64,000 nt of DNA from Spirochaetales bacterium (GTDB taxonomy: Bacteria > Spirochaetota > Spirochaetia > SZUA-6 > JAFGRV01): NCBI GenBank assembly GCA_016935735.1, contig JAFGQK010000300.1, positions 3,437 to 67,436 on the forward strand, given 5' to 3'. The position numbers and the translations under genes were made by a program. Under the pieces are notes generated by a model that worked only from the letters and a program-made list of their open reading frames with translations, did not search any database and was not told where the DNA came from. The stretch's first letter is position 1; each line of letters starts with the position of its first letter. Shown in pieces: positions 18,135-26,574 of the stretch.

Positions 18135-19478
18135 CTAAATAGTATCCGTGCCTTCTTTAATCAACCAGAGATCGGAAACATTTTTATAAAATTCTTCGAG
18201 GGGTAATGTTGTTTTTAATACCGAATTAAAAAAATTGTATTTATTAAGGTCATAATCAATAATCTGTTCCTTTACTTGATTGTAATACACAGTTCCGGGC
18301 ATGGGAGTAAGAATCGTATACCCCGCATAGACTACTTTGTGGGAGTTTGAATAATCAGCCATGGCCTTAAAATCATCTTCCTTATAATAAGGAGGAATGA
18401 CATAATTTCCCCGGATCTTTATCCCATTGGCCTGGAGTATATTAATCGCCTTTTCTATCAGTTCCGGCCTGGTATCTTTATTATATTTTTTTAATTCATC
18501 ATAGCGATAGGATTCAAAACCGCAGATAACTACTTGCAGACCGCATTGAGCCAGTTTCTCGATTAAATCGGGATGCGCGGCTACCGTGTCTACACGAATA
18601 TCAATGACCAGCTCCTTTTTTATGTTTTCTTCCAGGATACGGTCACATAATTGGTGAATGAATCCGGGATTCACGACTGTGTTCGCATCGGCAAAACGAA
18701 TAACGTTATACTCAGGATCTATGGATTGCATTTCATCAATAATGCTTTTTATCTCCCTCTGGTAAAATTTTCCTTTGTATTGAGGCCGGATGGAACAGAA
18801 AGAACAATTGTAGGGGCATCCCAGTGAAGTAAAAATATAGGTGATCGGGCCGATTTTTCCCCGTATTTTGTAGGCCTGTATCCATTTTTTGATAAATGAA
18901 CGGTCCGGCACGATAAAATCCTGCCCGGCTGAATAATACCGGGTTGTTAAAGGCTTTCCGGGAACCAATTGATTGTGCTTATTAATTAATATTCCGGCAA
19001 CGGCTTCTACATCTTTGTTTTCCTGTTTTGCGCTGACGATTTCTCTGAAAATTTTAGCGGATTCCCCGGGACAGATAATATCCGCCGCGGTACTGATAAA
19101 ATCCTCCGGACATAATGTTGCATGGAGTCCGCCGGCAATGGTAAGGATGTTATGATTATAGGTTTTTACAGTTTTTAAAATAGCGGCTCCACCGTTAAAT
19201 TCCGATGCTATAAAAGTAACCCCGACCAAATCAGGATTGATTTTTTCAAGGTATTGACGGGTTAATTCGCCGGGGGGAGGAGCATGCGGGTGTAAATCAT
19301 ATTCTGCTTTCATATCCAGGACTGTAACATCATGGTCCCTGACTGCCCCGGCAACGGTCAATAATCCCAACGGAGGGCCGATTAATTTCTGATGAATAAA
19401 TTTTTTGGCATCTGCAGAAGCATAGTGAAATATTCCATTTTCATTTGATCTGGGCGGATTGATTAAAAGAATTTTCAT
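18135..19478 (-). CDS. Cobalamin-dependent radical SAM enzyme (class B methylase-like)
   Basis: N-terminal B12-binding domain (PPLGLL, AGGLHAT), SLGCPYNCSFC, GFES, LTPMPGT. Confidence 0.9.
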   Translation of the reverse strand: MKILLINPPRSNENGIFHYASADAKKFIHQKLIGPPLGLLTVAGAVRDHDVTVLDMKAEYDLHPHAPPPGELTRQYLEKINPDLVGVTFIASEFNGGAAILKTVKTYNHNILTIAGGLHATLCPEDFISTAADIICPGESAKIFREIVSAKQENKDVEAVAGILINKHNQLVPGKPLTTRYYSAGQDFIVPDRSFIKKWIQAYKIRGKIGPITYIFTSLGCPYNCSFCSIRPQYKGKFYQREIKSIIDEMQSIDPEYNVIRFADANTVVNPGFIHQLCDRILEENIKKELVIDIRVDTVAAHPDLIEKLAQCGLQVVICGFESYRYDELKKYNKDTRPELIEKAINILQANGIKIRGNYVIPPYYKEDDFKAMADYSNSHKVVYAGYTILTPMPGTVYYNQVKEQIIDYDLNKYNFFNSVLKTTLPLEEFYKNVSDLWLIKEGTDTI

Positions 19479-19633
19479 ATATTCTCCCGAATTATATCAA
19501 TTTATAAATTATACAGAATCCTGATTGTAATAGAAAAGAAGGTGTTTTGCAACATCTTACCGGTGGGAGTAATTCCCGGTTCCCCGTTTTTTATAGTCTT
19601 TTCTGTATTCTATCAATAGAATTATCAATAAAA

Positions 19634-19693
19634 TGTGGACAAAAGAATTGCTGTCCACAACTATTGACAGTATCTCAATAATATAGTATACAT
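19634..19693 (+). promoter_or_regulatory. Inverted repeat (operator candidate) next to a putative -35/-10 in the divergent rSAM intergenic region
   Basis: TGTGGACA-N10-TGTCCACA (19634-19659), TTGACA at 19664, TATACA 17 bp downstream. Confidence 0.45.
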
Positions 19694-19807
19694 AACTGAA
19701 AAATTATAGAGGGCAAGTTGTAATTTCCTAAATAAATTTTAACTCTTGACAGGGAAATTTGTCTTAAAAGAATCTATTTTAAACAAACAGAAAGAAGGAT
19801 TTTGTTT

Positions 19808-20773
19808 ATGGAAAATGATATTTTTCAGAAAGATTTGAAACACATAGGGATTGTCCTTTCATTTACATGTAATCTGAAGTGTAAAATGTGTAAATTATGG
19901 ATGAAGCCCCCATTGTCGCTTTCCCTGGATTCGATCAAGAGTATATTAAAACAGGCTAAAGCATTGGGTGCAGACATTTTTACACCTTTCGGGGGGGAAC
20001 CGGTATTAAGAAAAGATATTTTTGAAATTTTTAGTTATGCCCACCAATTAGGGTATGATATTGAATTTGTGACAAATGGAACTTTAATCAATGAGCAGGT
20101 AGCTGAAAGATTATTCAAGTATATATCCGGGATTTCCATATCCATTGAAGGATCGAAAGAACATCACGATGAAATAAGAGGTAATGGGACTTTTGATAAG
20201 GCAATCTCCGCAGTCAAGTTTCTGACAAAGTACAAACGCCGGGATGCGAATATCTGTTTAACTATGGTCGTAACCAAAAATAGCTATAAATATATGAAAA
20301 AACTTGTCGATTTGGCCAGTGAGCTCAAAGTTGATAAAATTTTTTACCAACCTTTCAACAGGGCCCAGGCAAGAAAAGAAAATGTACATGACTTTCTGGT
20401 CCCGGCAGTCGAAATTCCCGTTTTGCAGCTGGAAATAGAGAGTACCATCAATTATGCAATGCACAAGAATGTACAATTGGGTTCTGTTATCGAATTTAAA
20501 TTGATCCCTTTATACTTTAAACTAAATGGTAAAATAAAACCAACAAAAGGATGCTTCTTACCATACCATGATATGTTAATTATTCCCAATGGTAAAGTAT
20601 TTGCTTGTCCCTTCGAGCGTATTGAAGTAGGTGATATCAATGAGAACAATCTTGACTATATCTGGAATTCCGAAAAATATGAAAAACAAAGAGAAAAAGC
20701 AAGATTAAAAAAATGCCGCGGTTGTCTTGCCAATTGCTCAGATTTGGATTCATATAAAATAGAAAGTGCATAA
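19808..20773 (+). CDS. Radical SAM enzyme with SPASM/twitch domain
   Basis: CNLKCKMC, GGEP, TNG, ISIEG..HHDEIRG, GC..P...IIPNGKVFAC, CRGCLANC. Confidence 0.9.
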   Translation: MENDIFQKDLKHIGIVLSFTCNLKCKMCKLWMKPPLSLSLDSIKSILKQAKALGADIFTPFGGEPVLRKDIFEIFSYAHQLGYDIEFVTNGTLINEQVAERLFKYISGISISIEGSKEHHDEIRGNGTFDKAISAVKFLTKYKRRDANICLTMVVTKNSYKYMKKLVDLASELKVDKIFYQPFNRAQARKENVHDFLVPAVEIPVLQLEIESTINYAMHKNVQLGSVIEFKLIPLYFKLNGKIKPTKGCFLPYHDMLIIPNGKVFACPFERIEVGDINENNLDYIWNSEKYEKQREKARLKKCRGCLANCSDLDSYKIESA

Positions 20774-20798
20774 AATCCTGGTATAACCGCAGAATAAT

Positions 20799-21644
20799 TT
20801 ATTTTAAACCGTTATGCGATTTATAATATTTTACGATGAGACATTCGTTAAAACGCTTTATTACATTATATGCTAAACCAAAGCCGTCAAGCAATTTCTT
20901 AATTTCATTACGTTCACGATAAGGTGTATCACCAGGAAGACTGTCATACAGATCTTTTGGGTCGATATTCATCTCTTTCGCCTGCATAAAAATTTCGGCC
21001 ATTTCCTGGCGTTCTTTTTTTAATATTCTTGAGAAAGTAATCCTTATCTTTATCCAGGAAAAAAAAACTCTCAAAAAATCTTTGTTTGTATATGTCATTA
21101 TCTGTTTTACCGCAAGCAAAGAACCTTTCCGGGCAAGTTCATCAATATCATTAAGTCTTTTGCGCTTTAGCTTACCCGAGGAATCAAGAATGCCGATTTT
21201 TTTATAAATTCTTTCAAGTACTCTCTCGACCTGGTAAAATGCGACAAAGAGGTGACCATGCAATGCAACAACACGCATAGCCTCATTAATTATTGTTTTG
21301 ATTAGTTTCTCATCCGAAAGACGATCCACCACACCGGAAGAAATAATAACTGTTTTATAAGAACAGTTCTCAAAAGGCAGGCTTCTTGCATTTGCTTTTA
21401 TTAATTTAATGGAATGCCTGATATAGGCGTATTTTATCATTTCATCTACGATATCGACACCGTCGGCTATATAACCTTTATCACGGAGATGTTTTACTAT
21501 CAGTCCCTGTCCTGCACCGATTACCAATACAGGGCTTGCAATATCATTAATTATTTTATCCGTCACATGAGTATTCATGTGACGGTTTTCCATTTTATCC
21601 CAGAAAGGACTCCATATTGACCACCATTTTATATTCTTATCCAT
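20799..21644 (-). CDS. Class I SAM-dependent methyltransferase
   Basis: VLVIGAGQG, GVDIVDEMI, ANARSLPFENCSY. Confidence 0.8.
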   Translation of the reverse strand: MDKNIKWWSIWSPFWDKMENRHMNTHVTDKIINDIASPVLVIGAGQGLIVKHLRDKGYIADGVDIVDEMIKYAYIRHSIKLIKANARSLPFENCSYKTVIISSGVVDRLSDEKLIKTIINEAMRVVALHGHLFVAFYQVERVLERIYKKIGILDSSGKLKRKRLNDIDELARKGSLLAVKQIMTYTNKDFLRVFFSWIKIRITFSRILKKERQEMAEIFMQAKEMNIDPKDLYDSLPGDTPYRERNEIKKLLDGFGLAYNVIKRFNECLIVKYYKSHNGLK

Positions 21645-21898
21645 AAATATTTCTCACTTTTAAAATAATTTTTAACCCATCGCAGCCTTCGGCTGCAACC
21701 AGAGTAGTTCCAAAAATCTTCTTAAAATTGGAAGATTTGGGGGTATAATACTATATTACTTGAGTTTGTCCCGCAACCCCAAACAAGGCAAGCCAATAAC
21801 ATCCATCCATTATATATGGGGGCGTGATTGAATTAAGGCATACTATATATAGCATTGATAGAAGGCAATTTCATCATAATTGAAGTTGTCGGACAACC

Positions 21899-22879
21899 TC
21901 AATGATAGACCTCTTGATGGACTAAAGCAGCCTGTCCCTGCTCCAACCACCTGGCGCAATCCGGGGGTAGTATTTCAGAAACAGTAGTTTCATAAAGGAC
22001 TATCTCATCTTCAGACAGGACCCCTTTCCAGCGATTATTCGTTCCTCTGTACAAAAAACGCTGGCTTCCGCCAAAGAAAGCTTTTCCCCCACCTGGAACG
22101 ATATTATCCGCATTGTTTTTCATCGACTTGAATGATGCATTATCAAGTAAAGTTGGCCAGATATCTTCATTTACTTCAATATCAAGATATCTTGCGATCA
22201 GACGTATTTGCCTATCAATATCTCCTAAAAGATCATTGAAATGCATCAGCAAAATATTGGGTAGATGCCTGTAAGCCCACCATGTTTGCACATTGTTCAG
22301 AATTGATAAACCAAGATTTCCCTCACCTAATCCGGAGAACCAGCCTTTAGTCATAAAGTCTTTAAAGAATTCGTGAATATCATCTGATGGGCGAGTAAGG
22401 GGATCACCGACCCGGCCAGGGGTATTGTTGAATATGTCAAACATTTCCGGCGTTAAATGGCGGTAGTGATTCCAGAGAGACATAAAAATATCTCGTCCGT
22501 CACGCGCAATGTAGATATATTTTACCTGTGGATAATAGATAAGACCGTCGAGGGGTAGGTGCGTTTTGACAAAGCGCCGATGAGTTTGCGCTTCGATGAG
22601 ATCAAATTGCTTTTTAATCATGGCGGGCCGAAAATCGATCCACGGTGATAACTGCCAGATCGGTGCAGGTATTTCTTGATTTTGAAAAATCAAATGAGCA
22701 ACAATGGTCTGTATCCATGTTGTCCCCGATTTGCCGGTAGTGGCGATGATAATGTCATCAGCACGCGGTTTAAAATCATTCCAATAGGTGCTGTCCATGG
22801 TATGATTTTGATAGATATGATTGACGCTCGGCAGTGGTGACATTCCCCACGGTTCACCTTTATTATTTTTTGTTGTCAT
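21899..22879 (-). CDS. PAPS-dependent sulfotransferase
   Basis: 5'-PSB loop GKSGTTW, KTHLP, 3'-PB motif RDGRDIFMS, RGT..RW; RBS GAGGAG. Confidence 0.92.
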   Translation of the reverse strand: MTTKNNKGEPWGMSPLPSVNHIYQNHTMDSTYWNDFKPRADDIIIATTGKSGTTWIQTIVAHLIFQNQEIPAPIWQLSPWIDFRPAMIKKQFDLIEAQTHRRFVKTHLPLDGLIYYPQVKYIYIARDGRDIFMSLWNHYRHLTPEMFDIFNNTPGRVGDPLTRPSDDIHEFFKDFMTKGWFSGLGEGNLGLSILNNVQTWWAYRHLPNILLMHFNDLLGDIDRQIRLIARYLDIEVNEDIWPTLLDNASFKSMKNNADNIVPGGGKAFFGGSQRFLYRGTNNRWKGVLSEDEIVLYETTVSEILPPDCARWLEQGQAALVHQEVYH

Positions 22880-23011
22880 GATTCACTCCTCACATGTTAT
22901 TTAAAAACTTCCGATCCGGGCGTATGCCCGGTACCGGAAAATTTAAAGAAATAGGTTCCTGCCTGAATTGTCGATACTATTATGGCAATAACCGACAAGG
23001 AGGAATCTATG

Positions 23012-23154
23012 CTATTTTGACTCAAAATCTTGTCAAAATAACAAGATTTTAAGCAAAATAGATAAACGTTGGCCGCCAGGTTAATGAGACCAGCATAATT
23101 AAAAGAACCTGGATAGCTTGTTAATTAGGTCGTGGGCTTAAGCCTTCGTTATGG
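23012..23154 (+). repeat. Island repeat family Y, copy 3
   Basis: Degenerate CTATTTTG..AAAATCTTGT..ACAAGATTTT..CAAAATAG palindrome, then ATAAACGTTGGCCGCCAGGTT...CGTTATGG. Confidence 0.85.
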
Positions 23155-23548
23155 TAAAAACCTACAACAATCGGCAGGAAAAGTCCAGTAAAATAATGCA
23201 ATTATGGAGCGCCTGCGGTACTTTTACGAATGTAATTCACACAGGTACAAATTACTCTAAGTTCGAGGCTGGGGTAATCATGGAAGAGAATAAATCGGAC
23301 TGGAAGGCTGTTTGTCTTTACTGGCTATTCAGGTACAGTAAAAAGAGCGTATTATGTAAAAATACGGAATACAGATCGGTATGGAAAAGAATACGCTCTT
23401 GAAGGCGAAGGTCTTTTCGCAAGATGTAACTACTATTGTGCCTCGACGAATGTTGAGGAGTACCTTATAAATTGAGTCCCATTGTTGTTAAAATGGCTGT
23501 ACCGTAAATAAAAAAAACCGAAAATACAGGAAAATCTATATAAAATAC

Positions 23549-23589
23549 TTGCATAAATCAGAATTATTGATTAAATTGCTTGGTATAAT
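23549..23589 (+). promoter_or_regulatory. Putative tRNA-Tyr promoter(s)
   Basis: TTGCAT-N17-TAAATT (23549-23577) and extended -10 TGGTATAAT (23581-23589). Confidence 0.55.
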
Positions 23590-23626
23590 TGATTTTGGTA
23601 GAACAGCCACACAAGAGGTGGCTTCA

Positions 23627-23708
23627 GGGGAGATACCCGAGTGGCCAAAGGGGGCAGACTGTAAATCTGTTGGCTCAGCCTTCGAAGGTTCGAATCCTTC
23701 TCTCCCCA
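23627..23708 (+). tRNA. tRNA-Tyr(GTA)
   Basis: Acceptor GGGGAGA/TCTCCCC+A, anticodon arm GCAGA-CTGTAAA-TCTGT, long variable arm, GGTTCGAATCC. Confidence 0.97.
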
Positions 23709-23794
23709 TTATTTCCCGGATTTGTTGAAATTGAGTACTCTTCAAAAAGAAAAAAGTTTTAATAGTCTATCTTATTTTATGGGGATTTACCATT

Positions 23795-24244
23795 TTGATA
23801 AGTAAAATTGCAAAACCTTTTTACTTAGAAGGTTTACGTTTTGAATGTAACCGGTGCTCTGTCTGCTGTAGACATACACCAGGTTATGTGTTTCTTTCTT
23901 TAAAAGATCTGGAATTACTTGTTTCCTTTACCGGGATGACAGAAGAAACCTTTTTATCCTCGTATTGCCGGGAAATAGTTACCATTCGCGGTATAAAAAT
24001 AAGTTTAAAAGAAAAAGCAAATTACGATTGTATTTTCTGGGAAAAGGATGGATGTATATATTATGAGGCACGGCCGTTTCAATGCAGAAGCTTTCCTTTC
24101 TGGAAACAGTACCTCGGGACAAAAAGAAAATGGGATACCCTGTTATCATTCTGCCCGGGAATCGGGAAAGGGCAGATACATACAAAAGAAGAGATTGAAG
24201 AGTGGATCGAGAAAGTAAGCCAGGAAGAATACTATTATAAATAA
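23795..24244 (+). CDS. YkgJ-family cysteine-cluster protein
   Basis: FECNRCSVCC, DCIFW..GCIYYEARPFQCRSFPFW, CPGIG. Confidence 0.88.
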   Translation: MISKIAKPFYLEGLRFECNRCSVCCRHTPGYVFLSLKDLELLVSFTGMTEETFLSSYCREIVTIRGIKISLKEKANYDCIFWEKDGCIYYEARPFQCRSFPFWKQYLGTKRKWDTLLSFCPGIGKGQIHTKEEIEEWIEKVSQEEYYYK

Positions 24245-24278
24245 ATTCCTTATAACAATGTAATGGAGTTTCATAGTT

Positions 24279-25220
24279 ATGCTGGTTAAATTCTGGGGAG
24301 TAAGGGGTTCAATACCGACCCCCCTAACATCTCAACAGGTAAAAAATCGAATAGCTTCTGTTCTTCAGCGGGTGAAACCGGATGATCTGATTTCACCTGA
24401 AAGCAAGGAAATATTTCTTTCAACGCTCCCGGAGGATATTTTCGGTACTGTAGGAGGGAATACCACCTGTATAGAAGTGATAACGAAAAATCCAATATGT
24501 CTTATTTTTGACGCAGGAACCGGGTTAAGAGAACTTGGTAATTACTATGCAAGAGAAAAAAAAGAGGTAAATGAATTTCATATCTTTTTTACTCATTTCC
24601 ACTGGGATCATATACAGGGAATTCCGTTTTTTGCCCCGTTTTTCAATAAAAAGAATTCGATTTACTTTTACAGCCCTGTTCCTCAATTCGAGACATACTT
24701 AAAAGATCAAATGAAATTCCCTTATTTTCCTATTGAAATGGGGTTTCTCGCTGCACGGATTCATTTTATTGAACTGGAAGGAAGAGAAAAAAAGATAAAA
24801 GATTCAGTAATCGCCTGGAGGCGGATGAAACACCCCGGCGGCTGCTTTTCATATAAAGTATCCAGTAATGGAAAAAGCACCATTGTCGCAACCGATTCGG
24901 AGATTACGGAAAAAGAGTTTAAACAAATAGATGAAAATATTTCTTTTTTTAAAGATGCTGATATGCTTATCCTGGATTCCCAGTACACACTGACCGAGCA
25001 CATCAATAAAATCGACTGGGGTCATTCATCATATAGTATGGATGTTGACCTTGCCTCTGTCTGGAAAGTGAAAAACCTTGTTCTTTTTCATCATGAACCC
25101 CTTTATAATGATAAGAAAATCATGAGTATAGAAAGGCTTTCCAGGTGGTATCTGAACCACCTTAAGAATAAAAATATTAACATTATCATCGCCATTGAGG
25201 GGAAGGAGCTTAAGGTGTGA
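24279..25220 (+). CDS. MBL-fold metallo-hydrolase
   Basis: FWGVRGSIP, GGNTTC, DAGTG, THFHWDHIQG, GHS, FHHEP. Confidence 0.9.
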   Translation: MLVKFWGVRGSIPTPLTSQQVKNRIASVLQRVKPDDLISPESKEIFLSTLPEDIFGTVGGNTTCIEVITKNPICLIFDAGTGLRELGNYYAREKKEVNEFHIFFTHFHWDHIQGIPFFAPFFNKKNSIYFYSPVPQFETYLKDQMKFPYFPIEMGFLAARIHFIELEGREKKIKDSVIAWRRMKHPGGCFSYKVSSNGKSTIVATDSEITEKEFKQIDENISFFKDADMLILDSQYTLTEHINKIDWGHSSYSMDVDLASVWKVKNLVLFHHEPLYNDKKIMSIERLSRWYLNHLKNKNINIIIAIEGKELKV

Positions 25221-25414
25221 ATGATCCAGATAACGATTTTATTTTACAGCTAAAGAGAAAAGATGTTATTGGTCTTTATATTTCATTAAAACAGTCTGGT
25301 TGTCAATTAACAGATTCCACAGCCAGAATTTTAAAAAAAATCGAGGATTATCTTTATACTTTTCTTACGATTGACCAATTTGAGAATATAGAAGATATTT
25401 ATACAAGCTATTAG
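25217..25414 (+). CDS. Small hypothetical protein
   Basis: 65-aa ORF overlapping the upstream stop (GTGA), in operon context. Confidence 0.6.
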   Translation: MNDPDNDFILQLKRKDVIGLYISLKQSGCQLTDSTARILKKIEDYLYTFLTIDQFENIEDIYTSY

Positions 25415-25491
25415 GAGTTGCTTTTCATATTGATATTTTATTATCTTCTTAAACTGAATAGATAGGTAATCTATTATAACAAGAGAGGAAT

Positions 25492-26541
25492 ATGGCAATA
25501 CAGATAGTAAAAACCTTTTTTATATTTCTCTGTGTATTATTTGTAATGATGATTTTTTTTGGTATTGGTGTTGTCTATCTGAACAGCCCTCCCGGGACAA
25601 AAAGTTATAATAATACATTTATTATTAAAAAAGGTGAAAGCCTTATCAATATATCAAACAATCTTGAATCAAAGGGAATCATCCGGTCTGCTATCTTTTT
25701 ACGAATCGTGAGTAAATTACTGGAAACAGAGAAAGATTTCAGAGCCGGATATTATAAGATGGAAAAAGGATTTTCCACCTTTGATGTTCATAATCTCTTA
25801 ATTTCAGGAAAACAGACACAGATAAGAATTACTATCCCGGAAGGTTGGACAAAGACAAAGATCGCACGCCATTTTGAAGATTATGGTATTTACCGTACAG
25901 AAGAGATATTGAAAGCAATTCAATCAGAAAATCTTATGAAAAAATATGGCATAAGGGCAAATAATCTGGAGGGATACCTGTTCCCGGATACTTATTTTAT
26001 CAATGAGTCACTGGCAGCAGAAGAAATTATCGAACGGATGGTGAAGAATTTCTTTATAAATTTAAAAGAAATTGTACCTGATTATGAATCAATGAGTAGA
26101 AAACAGATTCATAACAATGTCATTATGGCTTCCATTATTGAAAAGGAATACAGAATATCTGAAGAAGCCCCGATTATTTCATCTGTCTTTTATAACAGAC
26201 TAAAAACACAGATCGGGCTGGAGTCATGCGCTACAATAGAATATATCATTACGGAGATATATGGAGAGCCGCATCCGGAAACAATAACTGCAGAAATGAA
26301 AGCGATCGATTCGCCATACAATACCTATATGTGGTACGGGCTTCCCCCGGGGCCTGTAACCAATCCTGGCAGAATCGCACTTGCCGCTTCATTTCGCCCG
26401 GCACAAACGGATTACTGGTATTTCTGTGTAAAAAATTCTGAAACAGGAGAACATTATTTTTCAAGAACCCTGGAAGAACATAATCAGGCAAAATGGTATT
26501 ACCTGAAAGGCCGCGGCCTGCCTCCAAAAGAAAATGATTAA
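25492..26541 (+). CDS. mltG: Endolytic transglycosylase MltG
   Basis: N-terminal TM, TIPEG, LEGYLFPDTY, MASIIEKE, SPYNTY..GLPPGP. Confidence 0.93.
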   Translation: MAIQIVKTFFIFLCVLFVMMIFFGIGVVYLNSPPGTKSYNNTFIIKKGESLINISNNLESKGIIRSAIFLRIVSKLLETEKDFRAGYYKMEKGFSTFDVHNLLISGKQTQIRITIPEGWTKTKIARHFEDYGIYRTEEILKAIQSENLMKKYGIRANNLEGYLFPDTYFINESLAAEEIIERMVKNFFINLKEIVPDYESMSRKQIHNNVIMASIIEKEYRISEEAPIISSVFYNRLKTQIGLESCATIEYIITEIYGEPHPETITAEMKAIDSPYNTYMWYGLPPGPVTNPGRIALAASFRPAQTDYWYFCVKNSETGEHYFSRTLEEHNQAKWYYLKGRGLPPKEND

Positions 26542-26574
26542 AATCATTTTTTAAAAAAAAGGAGGTAAGAGTGG

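Larger units (their letters stand above)
6843..23626. mobile_element. Genomic island inserted at the tRNA-Thr 3' end, between tRNA-Thr and tRNA-Tyr
   Basis: AGAGGTGGCTT at 6833-6843 recurs at 23614-23624 just before tRNA-Tyr; accessory cargo with dispersed palindromic repeats; no integrase seen. Confidence 0.65.

Noticed and set aside
23151-23402. 83-aa ORF as island integrase or real gene
   Set aside because: No RBS or recombinase motif; starts inside a family Y repeat
23536-23745. 69-aa minus-strand ORF
   Set aside because: Antisense to tRNA-Tyr
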